A stretch of DNA of 64,000 nt from a bacterium (GCA_038109055.1 JAYNIM010000003.1:12671-76670), one strand, 5' to 3'; positions 8,967 through 17,909 are shown, numbered from the stretch's first letter. Numbers and translations are program-made. Notes: generated by a model not told the origin, from the letters alone.

Positions 8967-9113
8967 ACAAAAGCCCATATCGCAGGGGAAAATTCTTTAG
9001 ATGACACTCAACCTCTTCAATATAGGGCTATCACATCTAGGTTTACTCATTATGTTAAAAATACTATGGTTCTTTTTATAGCTACTTACACTGAGAGGCC
9101 CCTCCCTATCAGC
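8967..9113 (+). repeat. Degenerate duplicate of the last 48 codons of the 7833 gene, in the same frame, 3 codons after its TGA stop
   Basis: 8811..8954 (TKAHIAGVNSLNDAERTQYSAITSSFTHYLKNAVALFVGAYAEMDLPS) aligns with 8967..9110 (TKAHIAGENSLDDTQPLQYRAITSRFTHYVKNTMVLFIATYTERPLPI). 29 of 48 codons encode the same residue by hand alignment. Confidence 0.85.
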
Positions 9114-9159
9114 TATAAGACCTTCTTAAACTATGTCACTATTTTTTATCGTAAGACGT

Positions 9160-10602
9160 TTATCCTCTGTTTGCTTTTTTTAAAATCAACTCTCTAACTG
9201 CGTCAGGTTTAGCGCGCCCTTGGCTTTTTTTCATGACCTGACCCATTAAAAAATTGGCTGAATTATGTTTGCCGTTTTTGATTTTTTCAACCACATCGGG
9301 GTTTTCAGACATCACTTCTTGCACAATACTCTCTAATTCAGAGCTATCATTAATTTGCCCCCCACCCTTTAATAACTCTGCCAATGCTTTGCCCTCGATT
9401 AACTGCGGTAAAAATTCTTTTGCCATTTTGCCAGATATATCACCCTTTTCTTGGGCCTGCAATAAGGCCATCAATTCAGCTGGCTTCAACTGTAACTGTT
9501 CAAAGCCTTGCACATCATTGGCTGCTTTACTGACATCGCCTAACACCCATTTGCTAATGGTATCACCTTTGACTCCATTGGCATGCCTTAAACATTGTTC
9601 AAAAAATTGGTTTAATGCCACATCAGCAACCAAGGTATAGGCATCTTGTTTTGATAGTTTAAGTATCTTTACATAGCGCTTCTTCTTTTCAAAAGGGTTT
9701 TCTTGCACTTGACCCGCCCACCTGTTGATTTGTTCATCACTTAATACAAGGGGTAATAAGTCAGGTTCTGGAAAATAACGATAGTCATGCGCTTCTTCTT
9801 TGCTGCGTAATACCGTTGTGCTCTGCGTTATATCGTCGTAGTTACGTGTTTCTTGATCAACGCTGCCACCAGAGTCCAAGATCTCTGTTTGACGTTCGAT
9901 TTCACTGTATACCGCCCGCACAATGGCTCGAAATGAGTTCACGTTTTTGATTTCTGTCCGCGTTCCAAATGCCTCTGTCCCTTTAGGCCTCAACGACACA
10001 TTAATATCCGCACGCAAATTTCCCTGCTGCATGTTGCCATTACACACACCTGCATGCACCAATATCAGACGTAAGGTTTCAACATAGGCTTTGGCTTCTT
10101 CTGCTGAGCGTATGTCTGGTTCGGACACGATTTCAATTAAAGGGGTTCCTGCTCGATTTAGATCTACCAATGAGCCACTCGATCCTTCAATCGCCTCTGC
10201 TCCTTGATGTACCAGCTTACCCGCATCTTCTTCCATATGGATCCGTGTGATACCAATACGTTTTGTGCTGTCTCCTACTTCAATATCGACATACCCCCCT
10301 AAACAAATAGGCAGATCAAACTGTGAGATCTGGTAGCCTTTCGGCAGATCAGGGTAAAAATAGTTTTTACGTGAAAAGACTGATTTTTTTTGAATCTTAC
10401 AATGTAGTGCTGTACCGGCCATGACGGCATATTCAACGGCCTTTTTATTTAACACTGGTAAGGTGCCCGGCAAGCCTAAGGTTAGGGGACAGGTATGTTC
10501 GTTCGCATTTTCACTCACACCACTTGGACAGGCTGTAAATAATTTAGTTTTAGTATTTAATTGAGCATGAACCTCTATGCCAATAACAACGTCATACTCC
10601 AT
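9160..10602 (-). CDS. gatB: Asp/Glu-tRNA(Asn/Gln) amidotransferase subunit B
   Basis: MEYDVVIGIEVHAQLNT start is preceded by AAGGAG. GatB motifs are present throughout, with a YqeY-like C-terminal domain. The tracked ORF's 28 aa N-terminal extension overlaps gatA and was discarded. Confidence 0.95.
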   Translation of the reverse strand: MEYDVVIGIEVHAQLNTKTKLFTACPSGVSENANEHTCPLTLGLPGTLPVLNKKAVEYAVMAGTALHCKIQKKSVFSRKNYFYPDLPKGYQISQFDLPICLGGYVDIEVGDSTKRIGITRIHMEEDAGKLVHQGAEAIEGSSGSLVDLNRAGTPLIEIVSEPDIRSAEEAKAYVETLRLILVHAGVCNGNMQQGNLRADINVSLRPKGTEAFGTRTEIKNVNSFRAIVRAVYSEIERQTEILDSGGSVDQETRNYDDITQSTTVLRSKEEAHDYRYFPEPDLLPLVLSDEQINRWAGQVQENPFEKKKRYVKILKLSKQDAYTLVADVALNQFFEQCLRHANGVKGDTISKWVLGDVSKAANDVQGFEQLQLKPAELMALLQAQEKGDISGKMAKEFLPQLIEGKALAELLKGGGQINDSSELESIVQEVMSENPDVVEKIKNGKHNSANFLMGQVMKKSQGRAKPDAVRELILKKANRG

Positions 10603-12040
10603 TTGGAATCTCCTTATGAAAATGGGTAAGTTGTTGATATAAATGCCCCGCTTGTAGCACACTTGTCTCATCAAATGCCTTAGCAATCAGCTGTAATCCC
10701 ACGGGTAAGCCTTTGCTAAACCCACAGGGAATAGATAATGCCGGTAAGCCCGCCATATTAGCCGGAATCGTTGCTAGGTCACAGCGATACATGTCTAAGG
10801 GATTACTTTTTTCGCCTTTTTTGAAAGCGACCGAAGGGGTTGTCGGGCTCATGATAAGGTCGTAATCTGCAAATATGCGTGAAAAATCGTTTTTGATATA
10901 CGTACGCGCTTTTTGTGCTTTTAGGTAATAGGCATCATAATAACCGGCACTTAATACGAAGGTACCTAATAAAATGCGCCGTTGAACTTCTGGCCCAAAA
11001 CCTTCTGAACGGCTTTTGATCATCATGTCTTTCAAGGTATCTGCGTGTTCACGACGTCCATACCTCACTCCGTCAAATCGAGCTAGGTTTGCTGATGCTT
11101 CCGCTGGGGCAATGATATAATACGTGGCAATTGACGCCTCCAATGACGGCATATCTACCTCTTCGATCACGGCACCTTGATTTTTGAAGGTATCGACTGC
11201 TTGCAAGACACAGTGTTTTACATCTTCATCAATCGTCTCTCCAATCAATTGTTTGGGTAAGGCAATTTTGAATTTTTTGGGAGGGGTTGCAAGACTGTTT
11301 ACCCACTCTTGAATGGGCGCTTGGCTACTGGTAGCATCATTTACATCATGCCCACAAATGGCCTCCAAGACATAGGCAAGATCTTTAACAGATCGAGCAA
11401 AAGGACCTATTTGGTCTAGCGAAGAGGCAAATGCCACTAAGCCATAACGAGACACCCTCCCATAGGTGGGTTTTAAGCCCGAGACTCCACAAAAAGCCGC
11501 TGGTTGACGAATAGACCCCCCTGTATCAGATCCTAAAGAGATCGGGACTTGACCTGCCGCAACCGCTGCTGCAGACCCCCCTGATGAGCCGCCAGACACA
11601 CACTCTGTATTCCAGGGATTTGGCGTGGTAAAAAAGGCCGAATTTTCAGTGGATGACCCCATGGCAAATTCGTCTAGATTTAGCTTTGATACACACACTC
11701 CCTTGTTTTTCTGAAGCTTTGTAATTACCGTGGCGTTGTAAGGGGATGTATAAGGTTCTAAAAACCTTGACCCACATGTTGTTTGGGTGTTTTTAATACA
11801 AATATTATCTTTGATTCCTATTGGAATCCCTGCCAAAGCAGGAAGATCATCCCCTTTATCAAGGGCGGTATCAATCACCTGGGCTTGTTCTAATGCCTGA
11901 TCTTTCAACACGGTGATACTGGTTTTGAAGTGTGCCTCTTGTTTGGTAATAGTTGCAAGGCTTTCTCGTACTAAGTCTGTGCTTTTTAGCTCACGGTTAC
12001 GCAGTTTTTTTTGTAGTTCATCTACGCTTGAAAATTGCAT
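10592..12040 (-). CDS. gatA: Asp/Glu-tRNA(Asn/Gln) amidotransferase subunit A (amidase signature family)
   Basis: Amidase signature GGSSGGSAAAVAAG...GSDTGGSIRQPAAFCG. Start at MQFSSVDEL (12040), immediately after the gatC stop. Confidence 0.95.
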   Translation of the reverse strand: MQFSSVDELQKKLRNRELKSTDLVRESLATITKQEAHFKTSITVLKDQALEQAQVIDTALDKGDDLPALAGIPIGIKDNICIKNTQTTCGSRFLEPYTSPYNATVITKLQKNKGVCVSKLNLDEFAMGSSTENSAFFTTPNPWNTECVSGGSSGGSAAAVAAGQVPISLGSDTGGSIRQPAAFCGVSGLKPTYGRVSRYGLVAFASSLDQIGPFARSVKDLAYVLEAICGHDVNDATSSQAPIQEWVNSLATPPKKFKIALPKQLIGETIDEDVKHCVLQAVDTFKNQGAVIEEVDMPSLEASIATYYIIAPAEASANLARFDGVRYGRREHADTLKDMMIKSRSEGFGPEVQRRILLGTFVLSAGYYDAYYLKAQKARTYIKNDFSRIFADYDLIMSPTTPSVAFKKGEKSNPLDMYRCDLATIPANMAGLPALSIPCGFSKGLPVGLQLIAKAFDETSVLQAGHLYQQLTHFHKEIPNGV

Positions 12041-12045
12041 GTTCC

Positions 12046-12342
12046 TTACGCCTTTAATTGAGGAACCCAAAAGGCCCCTTCTTGCCAATCTGGCGCATTC
12101 TCATCCATTAACAGGCCATGATGTTTAACTGGTTTATCTTCGCGCAAATAGAGTTCATTTTCAGCTGCATGACTGCTGGGTGCCAGGTGATTAATAGGCA
12201 ATTTATTCAAAGTTTCCACATAGCCTAAGACATCATCAATACTCTTTTTCATTGCTTCTTTTTGATCTTCAGGAACCTCCAAATGCGCTAAGGTACATGT
12301 TTTGTCAAAATCAAATGATTCGGTTGCCTTTTTCATGAACAA
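12046..12342 (-). CDS. gatC: Asp/Glu-tRNA(Asn/Gln) amidotransferase subunit C
   Basis: 98 aa, in the gatC-gatA-gatB order. LAHLEVPEDQKEAMKKSIDDVLGYVETL is typical of GatC. Confidence 0.85.
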   Translation of the reverse strand: MFMKKATESFDFDKTCTLAHLEVPEDQKEAMKKSIDDVLGYVETLNKLPINHLAPSSHAAENELYLREDKPVKHHGLLMDENAPDWQEGAFWVPQLKA

Positions 12343-12499
12343 AAGTGTAGCAAGTTTAACTAGGAGCGTCTAATAGGTTTTTTGATTTTTAATGGGAAAG
12401 GCGCAAAAGTGGAAAAGACCCGCAGGTAATGGAGATCTTCTACCCATCTCTAGGGTATATATTGAGAAAAAGGCCTTCCTAAAAAAATATGCTGCTTTC

Positions 12500-13042
12500 T
12501 TAGGTTTCTATCAACCCTAACTCCCTATTATTCACGGGATAAATAACTGAAATTTTCTCTGTTCTCATATCCCGAAACACTAAAAAACTCAGAGCTTTTT
12601 CTTTTAGCAAGGCTGCTGCTTCTTCTACATCCATTGGTTTTTTGATGAAATGATCTGTCTCTGATTCTGTCATTAACTCATTTGAAGTAGCTGAATTTGT
12701 ACCTACCCCTTTAAGTGCTCTACGTTTATCTATCTTTGTACGGCGATTCTGCATTTTTTCTTTATGTTTCTTCAACTGGATCTGTAATTTATCGTAAATC
12801 ATATCGACAACCGCGTAACTATCTCCAGCTCGTTCTTTGGCATGCAGCATAGCGCCAGATGCATAAACCGTGGCATTGGCTTCAAAGCGTTCGGTATTAC
12901 TCGATGAGTATGTTTCACTTAAATCAATGATTATCTCTTGGGTATTGTGAAAAAAATGATCTAATTTTTCAATTTTGGTATAAATATAATCCTTTAACTT
13001 TGTTCCTAAGTCTATATCTTTTGATTTAACGATAATGTTCAT
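12500..13042 (-). CDS. hpf: Ribosome hibernation-promoting factor, long form
   Basis: Start MNIIVKSKDIDLG is preceded by AAGGAG plus a 6 nt spacer. It has the sigma54-modulation/YfiA N-domain plus a C-terminal dimerisation-type domain (KKPMDVEEAAALL...FLVFRD). Confidence 0.85.
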   Translation of the reverse strand: MNIIVKSKDIDLGTKLKDYIYTKIEKLDHFFHNTQEIIIDLSETYSSSNTERFEANATVYASGAMLHAKERAGDSYAVVDMIYDKLQIQLKKHKEKMQNRRTKIDKRRALKGVGTNSATSNELMTESETDHFIKKPMDVEEAAALLKEKALSFLVFRDMRTEKISVIYPVNNRELGLIET

Positions 13043-13153
13043 GGTCATCTCCTTTTTTATTTTATAACTACTTATTTTAATACTACCCATTGTCGTGTTA
13101 TTTTCAAACATGTTAGACTCTGTAAAAAAATAATAATACATAGGAATATTGAG

Positions 13154-13891
13154 ATGTCATTGAATGCTGTTGTCTTAGCTGCTGGAAAAGGGACTAGAAT
13201 GAATAGTCAGTCTTCAAAAATGCTATTATCCCTTGGTGGTCGACCATTATTGCATTATTTAATGGATACCTTATCAGACTTAAATAACTGCGATATCACC
13301 TTAGTTTTGGGCTATCAGTCTGAAAAAATCGAGCAGTCATTGCAACATTATACCTTTGATAAAGTCTATCAAGATACACCCCTTGGTACTGGTCACGCTG
13401 TCCAACAGGCCTTTCCTGTACTGCGTAAACATCAACCTAACTATGTTTTGGTCTTACCAGGAGATAGTCCCTTTATCCAAAAAGAAACTCTTGAAAAAAT
13501 GTTAACGTTACATCAACGGATGCATGCTAAGGCGACTGTCCTTAGTGCTGTTTTAGATGATCCTGGTGCCTATGGTCGTATATTAAGAGACTCAAACAAT
13601 CAACTGATGGCTATTCGTGAATTTAAAGATTGCAGCAAAAAAGAAGCCGCAATCAATGAAATTAATTCGGGGATTTACCTATTTAATCTAGATGTTCTTT
13701 TATCTAACTTACCCCAATTGAAAAATGATAACGCCCAAAATGAATTCTACTTGCCAGATATTGTTGAATGCTTACATCAATCTGCTCAGGTTGTCGCCTC
13801 TTATTGTTTAAATGACCCTCAGGAAATTCTTGGGGTAAATACACCTGAAGACTTGGCCTTATTGCGGCGCTTGGTTCCTCATTTTTCGTAA
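13154..13891 (+). CDS. GlmU-like sugar-1-phosphate nucleotidyltransferase (uridyltransferase domain only)
   Basis: AVVLAAGKGTRMNS..SKMLLSLGGRPLL, LPGDSPFIQKETLEKM and EINSGIYLF...NAQNEFYLPDIV are colinear with the GlmU N-terminal domain. The ORF ends at 245 aa, before any left-handed beta-helix hexapeptide repeats. Confidence 0.75.
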   Translation: MSLNAVVLAAGKGTRMNSQSSKMLLSLGGRPLLHYLMDTLSDLNNCDITLVLGYQSEKIEQSLQHYTFDKVYQDTPLGTGHAVQQAFPVLRKHQPNYVLVLPGDSPFIQKETLEKMLTLHQRMHAKATVLSAVLDDPGAYGRILRDSNNQLMAIREFKDCSKKEAAINEINSGIYLFNLDVLLSNLPQLKNDNAQNEFYLPDIVECLHQSAQVVASYCLNDPQEILGVNTPEDLALLRRLVPHFS

Positions 13892-13996
13892 GTTATGTAT
13901 AATCTTCATTATATGTTTAGGCTCTTGTTTTGTATTTTTTTCCGTGTTATTATTTATGCCCTATATTGAAAAGTAACGTAGGCGTTTGGAGAGATT

Positions 13997-14332
13997 ATGA
14001 AGAATACATATGAACTTTATTTTATTATTAAATCGCACCTTGATAAGTCAGTGTATCAGGAAATTGAGAAAAATGTTCAGAAATGGATTGTAGATGGTAA
14101 AGGATCTATTTTACATTTTGAAGTTGAGGGTCTACGTCCGCTTGCAACCATGATAAAAAAACAAAAAGAAGGGTATTATATGCTTTGTCAGTTTGATATC
14201 CCTGTAGATTCTTTGCCAGAACTTGAGCATAAGTTGCGTATTGATGAGTCTATTCTTCGATATATGATTGTGACTATAGATACTGTGCGTCCTCGTTTTA
14301 AGAAATCAGACTCTGTGGAGAGCGCAGCTTAA
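13997..14332 (+). CDS. rpsF: 30S ribosomal protein bS6
   Basis: YELYFIIKSHL...GLRPLATMIKKQKEGYYMLCQF pattern, and position ahead of ssb and rpsR. Confidence 0.85.
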   Translation: MKNTYELYFIIKSHLDKSVYQEIEKNVQKWIVDGKGSILHFEVEGLRPLATMIKKQKEGYYMLCQFDIPVDSLPELEHKLRIDESILRYMIVTIDTVRPRFKKSDSVESAA

Positions 14333-14339
14333 ATTTTTT

Positions 14340-14840
14340 ATGTCAAGCTTAAATAAAATTTTATTACTTGGAACTATTGTCTCTGAGATTGAGCATAAAG
14401 AGTCTACGGATGGTCAGTCCTTGTCTAGGTTTACACTTTGTGTCTCTCGTCCAGAACGTCAGGATGGAGTGCCGTCAGGGGAGGATAATGTGCCTATTAT
14501 TGCTAAGGCAAATGCCTCCACCGTCTGTCAATCCCTTGCCAAAGGGGCCCTTTTGCAATTAGAAGGGCGTGTTTGTACGGGTCGCTCACAGTCAGAGGAT
14601 GGCTCTTTTACCTATTTTACTGAAGTTGAAGCGCTACAACTTACGCCATTGTCGTCTGTGTCTTTTAAACACGTTCCGGCGCAAGATCATCTTGATGCTC
14701 ATACTGCTCCTGGACAAGCTTCTTTTAATGATTTAGGTGCTATTTTGGAGACTAAGGCCCCCGCTACTGACACCTTCTCTTTTGACACTAAAACAACCCC
14801 ATCGGAGGAAGCGGAACTGGAAGAAACTGTTCCTTTTTAA
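14340..14840 (+). CDS. ssb: Single-stranded DNA-binding protein with an acidic C-terminal tip
   Basis: N-terminal OB fold (LNKILLLGTIVSEIEHKES), a disordered linker, and the C-terminal tip EEAELEETVPF (cf. the canonical D-D-D-I-P-F). Confidence 0.85.
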   Translation: MSSLNKILLLGTIVSEIEHKESTDGQSLSRFTLCVSRPERQDGVPSGEDNVPIIAKANASTVCQSLAKGALLQLEGRVCTGRSQSEDGSFTYFTEVEALQLTPLSSVSFKHVPAQDHLDAHTAPGQASFNDLGAILETKAPATDTFSFDTKTTPSEEAELEETVPF

Positions 14841-14843
14841 GCT

Positions 14844-15206
14844 ATGAATAAATGTTTTTTAATTGGTAGATTGGTTAAAGACCCGGATCAACGTGTGACT
14901 GGTTCTGGTATATCGGTGACTTCGTTTTCTATTGCTGTTGATCGTATTAGAAAACGTGATGGACAGGAAGGTGTCACTGATTTTATTCGCGTGGTTACTT
15001 GGCGACGATTGGCTGAAATTTGTGGTCAATATTTAAAAAAAGGAAAGCTTATTTGTATCGAAGGGCGCTTGCAGTTTGATCACTATATGAAAGAAGACAA
15101 ACGTATTGAGCGCGCAGAAGTTGTAGCAGATACTATGCAAATGCTGGATCGTGGCTTGGCTGAAGCCGTAGATACAGCTCAGGCAGCAACGGCGGGATCA
15201 TTTTAA
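14844..15206 (+). CDS. Second SSB-like OB-fold protein lacking the acidic tail (sits in the PriB position)
   Basis: MNKCFLIGRLVKDPDQRVTGSGISVTSFSIAVDR...FIRVVTWRRLAEICGQYLKKGKLICIEGRLQ is a canonical SSB OB fold. It is 120 aa and ends AATAGSF with no acidic tip. Confidence 0.7.
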   Translation: MNKCFLIGRLVKDPDQRVTGSGISVTSFSIAVDRIRKRDGQEGVTDFIRVVTWRRLAEICGQYLKKGKLICIEGRLQFDHYMKEDKRIERAEVVADTMQMLDRGLAEAVDTAQAATAGSF

Positions 15207-15219
15207 CGGAGGTATTTAC

Positions 15220-15459
15220 ATGGAACAGCAACAAACTAATAAAAAACGATTTAAACAAAAACGACCTTGTCCCCTAAAATCTAAGTTAATTTCATATTTA
15301 GATTATAAGGATGTTGACAGTTATAAACGCTATATTACAGATAGAGGTAAAATTGCCCCACGTCGCAATACTGTGGTAAGTGCAAAATTTCAACGCTATA
15401 TTTCAAGGGCAATTAAGCGCGCTCGTATTATGTGCTTAATCCCCTATGAAATTTCGTAA
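15220..15459 (+). CDS. rpsR: 30S ribosomal protein bS18
   Basis: CPLKSK...IDYKDVDSYKRYITDRGKIAPRRNT...KFQRYISRAIKRARIMCLIPY. Confidence 0.9.
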   Translation: MEQQQTNKKRFKQKRPCPLKSKLISYLDYKDVDSYKRYITDRGKIAPRRNTVVSAKFQRYISRAIKRARIMCLIPYEIS

Positions 15460-15470
15460 CGGAGCCTCCT

Positions 15471-16091
15471 ATGACTACAACAGTTGAAATTGTATTTTTG
15501 GAAAGCAAACCTGGATATTATGACAAAGGTCAGCTTAAGGCCGTCAAAGCAGGTTATTTTAATAACTACTTAAAACCAAAGGGTATTGCTCAGTTACGCT
15601 CACTCGTTGATCTTTCATTATTTTCTTCATTGCAGAAACATTACGATACAAAACAAGCTGAGCTTAAAGCTAAAGCTGATGATTACGCAAAAACATTGTC
15701 TAACGCTACTTTTGTGCTTACGGCTAAATGTCAGGACAGAGGTACTTTATATGGCTCTGTTTCAACAAAAGATGTTATCTCCTTGATTAAAAAGAAGGGG
15801 CAGTATGATCTTACTCCTGAACACATCTTTTTAAGTAAAAAAAACATTAAAGAAATTGGTCAGTATAGCTTTTCTATACGTTTGCATGCAGACACACCTA
15901 TTTTTTGCACACTCAGTGTCTTGCCTGAAGAAAGTAAAAAAAGTAAAAAGGTTGCAACTCCTTTGAAAAAGATTTCACGGCCTGTGGGTCAATCGCCAAA
16001 TAAAGATGTATCTGCGTCCATTACTGCTACCAAAGATGCTGAAAAATCTGACTCAACTGATGATGATCTTGTATCTAAAGACTCTGAGTAA
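15471..16091 (+). CDS. rplI: 50S ribosomal protein bL9 with a ~55 aa K/S/D-rich C-terminal extension
   Basis: VEIVFLESKPGYYDKGQLKAVKAGYFNNYLKPKGIA N-domain, and the rpsF-ssb-rpsR-rplI context. 206 aa versus ~150 aa typical. Confidence 0.85.
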   Translation: MTTTVEIVFLESKPGYYDKGQLKAVKAGYFNNYLKPKGIAQLRSLVDLSLFSSLQKHYDTKQAELKAKADDYAKTLSNATFVLTAKCQDRGTLYGSVSTKDVISLIKKKGQYDLTPEHIFLSKKNIKEIGQYSFSIRLHADTPIFCTLSVLPEESKKSKKVATPLKKISRPVGQSPNKDVSASITATKDAEKSDSTDDDLVSKDSE

Positions 16092-16146
16092 GCCTCCCTT
16101 TTTTTACCTTTCTTTCAGTAGTTAAAAACGAGCATGCTGGGGATGC

Positions 16147-17769
16147 ATGATCATGAATGATTTTATCTCAGTCTCTGATGTGTCTTTATTGCCTTGTTTA
16201 CCCGGTGTCTACCACTTTTATGATACAGATAAACAGCTGCTATATGTGGGAAAAGCTCTGCATTTAAAAAAGCGGGTTAGCAGTTACTTTCAACAAAAAC
16301 AACACACCCTTAAAACGACGGTCATGCTACGAAAAGTTGTGTGGATTCGCGTGTTACTGTGTCCTAGTGAAGCGGATGCCCTTGTCCTTGAAAAACAGTT
16401 GGTTCAACACTTTCAGCCTCGATATAATATTCTGCTAAAAGATGACAAACACTTCCCCTATCTGAAGCTAACAAAAGAGGTGTTTCCTAAATTGGAGATT
16501 GTCCGGGAGAAAAAAAAGGATGGAGCTCGCTATTTTGGTCCTTACCCCTCGATTGGGTCAACAAAAGCCCTGAAGAGACATCTCTATGATTTGTTCCCTA
16601 TTCGGGATTGTAAGCAAGCGATTTCTATTGATACACCCGAACAAAAATGTATTCTTTTGGACCTGGAGCGCTGTTTGGGACCATGTGTTTATAAAACTAT
16701 TCGTTCAGAGTATGACGCCTATGTTCAGTCTCTGACTCTTTTTTTACAGGGAAAGAAAAAAAGCCTGTTAAAACAACTTGAAACGCGCATGCATGAGGCA
16801 GCTACTAATCATCACTTTGAACTTGCAGCTAAATTTAGAGACTCGTTACAACAACTTCGTCGTTTATTTAGCCAAGAACCTCTATTAACTTCAACGACTG
16901 AAACCTGTCTTTGCTTTGCCTTAATCTCTCGCTCTGATCTCCATTATGTCTCTGTTCAACATTATGTTGATGGCCACTTACGCTTTCAATACGGTCACTA
17001 TAGCCAAACATATTGTGATGCCCTCGATTTTATGGAACAAGTAGCGATTGATGTGTTAGCTGAACTCTCTCACATACCGCCGTTACTCCTTTGTCAATCT
17101 GACTATACAGAGATTCTTCAGGAGCTTGCATTCTCGTTACCTGCTACATGCCGTGTTCTATCCCCAAAAAAAGGCGCAAAAGCCAAACTATTAGCTATGG
17201 CAGAACGCAATGCTGAACAGGCCCTTGAACGTATCCAGCTGAAACCTAGAAAAACGTCTGTCTTACCACAGGTTCAAACTCAATTTCGACTCAAACAGTT
17301 GCCTCGTCGAATCTTTGGCTTTGATGTATCCCATTTACATGGGACGGGGATTGTAGGATCCTGTGTCTGTTTTGTGGACGCAAGACCCTCAAAAGCTGAT
17401 TATCGACATTTTAAAATCAAAGCAACGATTCCTCATAGCAATGATCCATTATGTATGAAAGAATTACTTTTACGGCGTTTTAAGGGCTGTCTGAGTAAAA
17501 ATGAGCCCTTACCTCACCTCGTTTTAGTAGATGGGGGGAAAGGCCAATTATCCTTTGCCTGTGACGCGTTGGCTGAGTTGGGGCTATTGGAGAAGGTTGA
17601 GATTCTAGCCTTGGCAAAACGTCTTGAGGAAATTTTTGTGCCGGGTGCTTCCTCTGCAATTCGCCTTAATCACGATGACCCTGCGCTGCATCTGCTGCAA
17701 CATGTCCGGGATGAGTCTCATCGCTTTGCACTTCGATTGCAACGAAAACAACGTGATCTTGGCAGGTAA
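16147..17769 (+). CDS. uvrC: Excinuclease ABC subunit C (short form)
   Basis: GIY-YIG N-terminus (PGVYHFYDTDKQLLYVGKALHLKKRVSSYF...YNILLKDDKHFPYL), a UVR-type helix (HHFELAAKFRDSLQQL) and an RNase H-like endonuclease region. It ends at 540 aa without an obvious (HhH)2 tail. Confidence 0.85.
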   Translation: MIMNDFISVSDVSLLPCLPGVYHFYDTDKQLLYVGKALHLKKRVSSYFQQKQHTLKTTVMLRKVVWIRVLLCPSEADALVLEKQLVQHFQPRYNILLKDDKHFPYLKLTKEVFPKLEIVREKKKDGARYFGPYPSIGSTKALKRHLYDLFPIRDCKQAISIDTPEQKCILLDLERCLGPCVYKTIRSEYDAYVQSLTLFLQGKKKSLLKQLETRMHEAATNHHFELAAKFRDSLQQLRRLFSQEPLLTSTTETCLCFALISRSDLHYVSVQHYVDGHLRFQYGHYSQTYCDALDFMEQVAIDVLAELSHIPPLLLCQSDYTEILQELAFSLPATCRVLSPKKGAKAKLLAMAERNAEQALERIQLKPRKTSVLPQVQTQFRLKQLPRRIFGFDVSHLHGTGIVGSCVCFVDARPSKADYRHFKIKATIPHSNDPLCMKELLLRRFKGCLSKNEPLPHLVLVDGGKGQLSFACDALAELGLLEKVEILALAKRLEEIFVPGASSAIRLNHDDPALHLLQHVRDESHRFALRLQRKQRDLGR

Positions 17770-17909
17770 TTTGGCGATGTCCTTGTGGATCTATTAGCAA
17801 TTGTATCTTTGCGTTGAATTGAAATAGGGCCATGTATGCTTGAGTAGGCGCTATCTTTAGAGTGAATATACCATCAAGGCGTCACTGATGATTTATTTCA
17901 GGATAGTCC

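Noticed and set aside
9254-9640. Numerous 60-135 aa ORFs antisense to or nested within long genes, for example 128..412, 1369..1683, 2511..2918, 9254..9640, 25117..25491, 39053..39406, 51342..51533.
   Set aside because: All are fully contained in confidently assigned longer CDSs on the same or the opposite strand. They show shadow-frame composition and no motifs.
10603-10686. N-terminal extensions of the tracked ORFs for gatB (to 10686), gatA (to 12088), hpf (to 13141), queA (from 36502), nadC (from 35501) and dciA (to 53003).
   Set aside because: The family-typical N-termini start at internal Met codons. For gatB and hpf these follow clear AAGGAG sites. For gatB, gatA and dciA the extensions would overlap the upstream gene.
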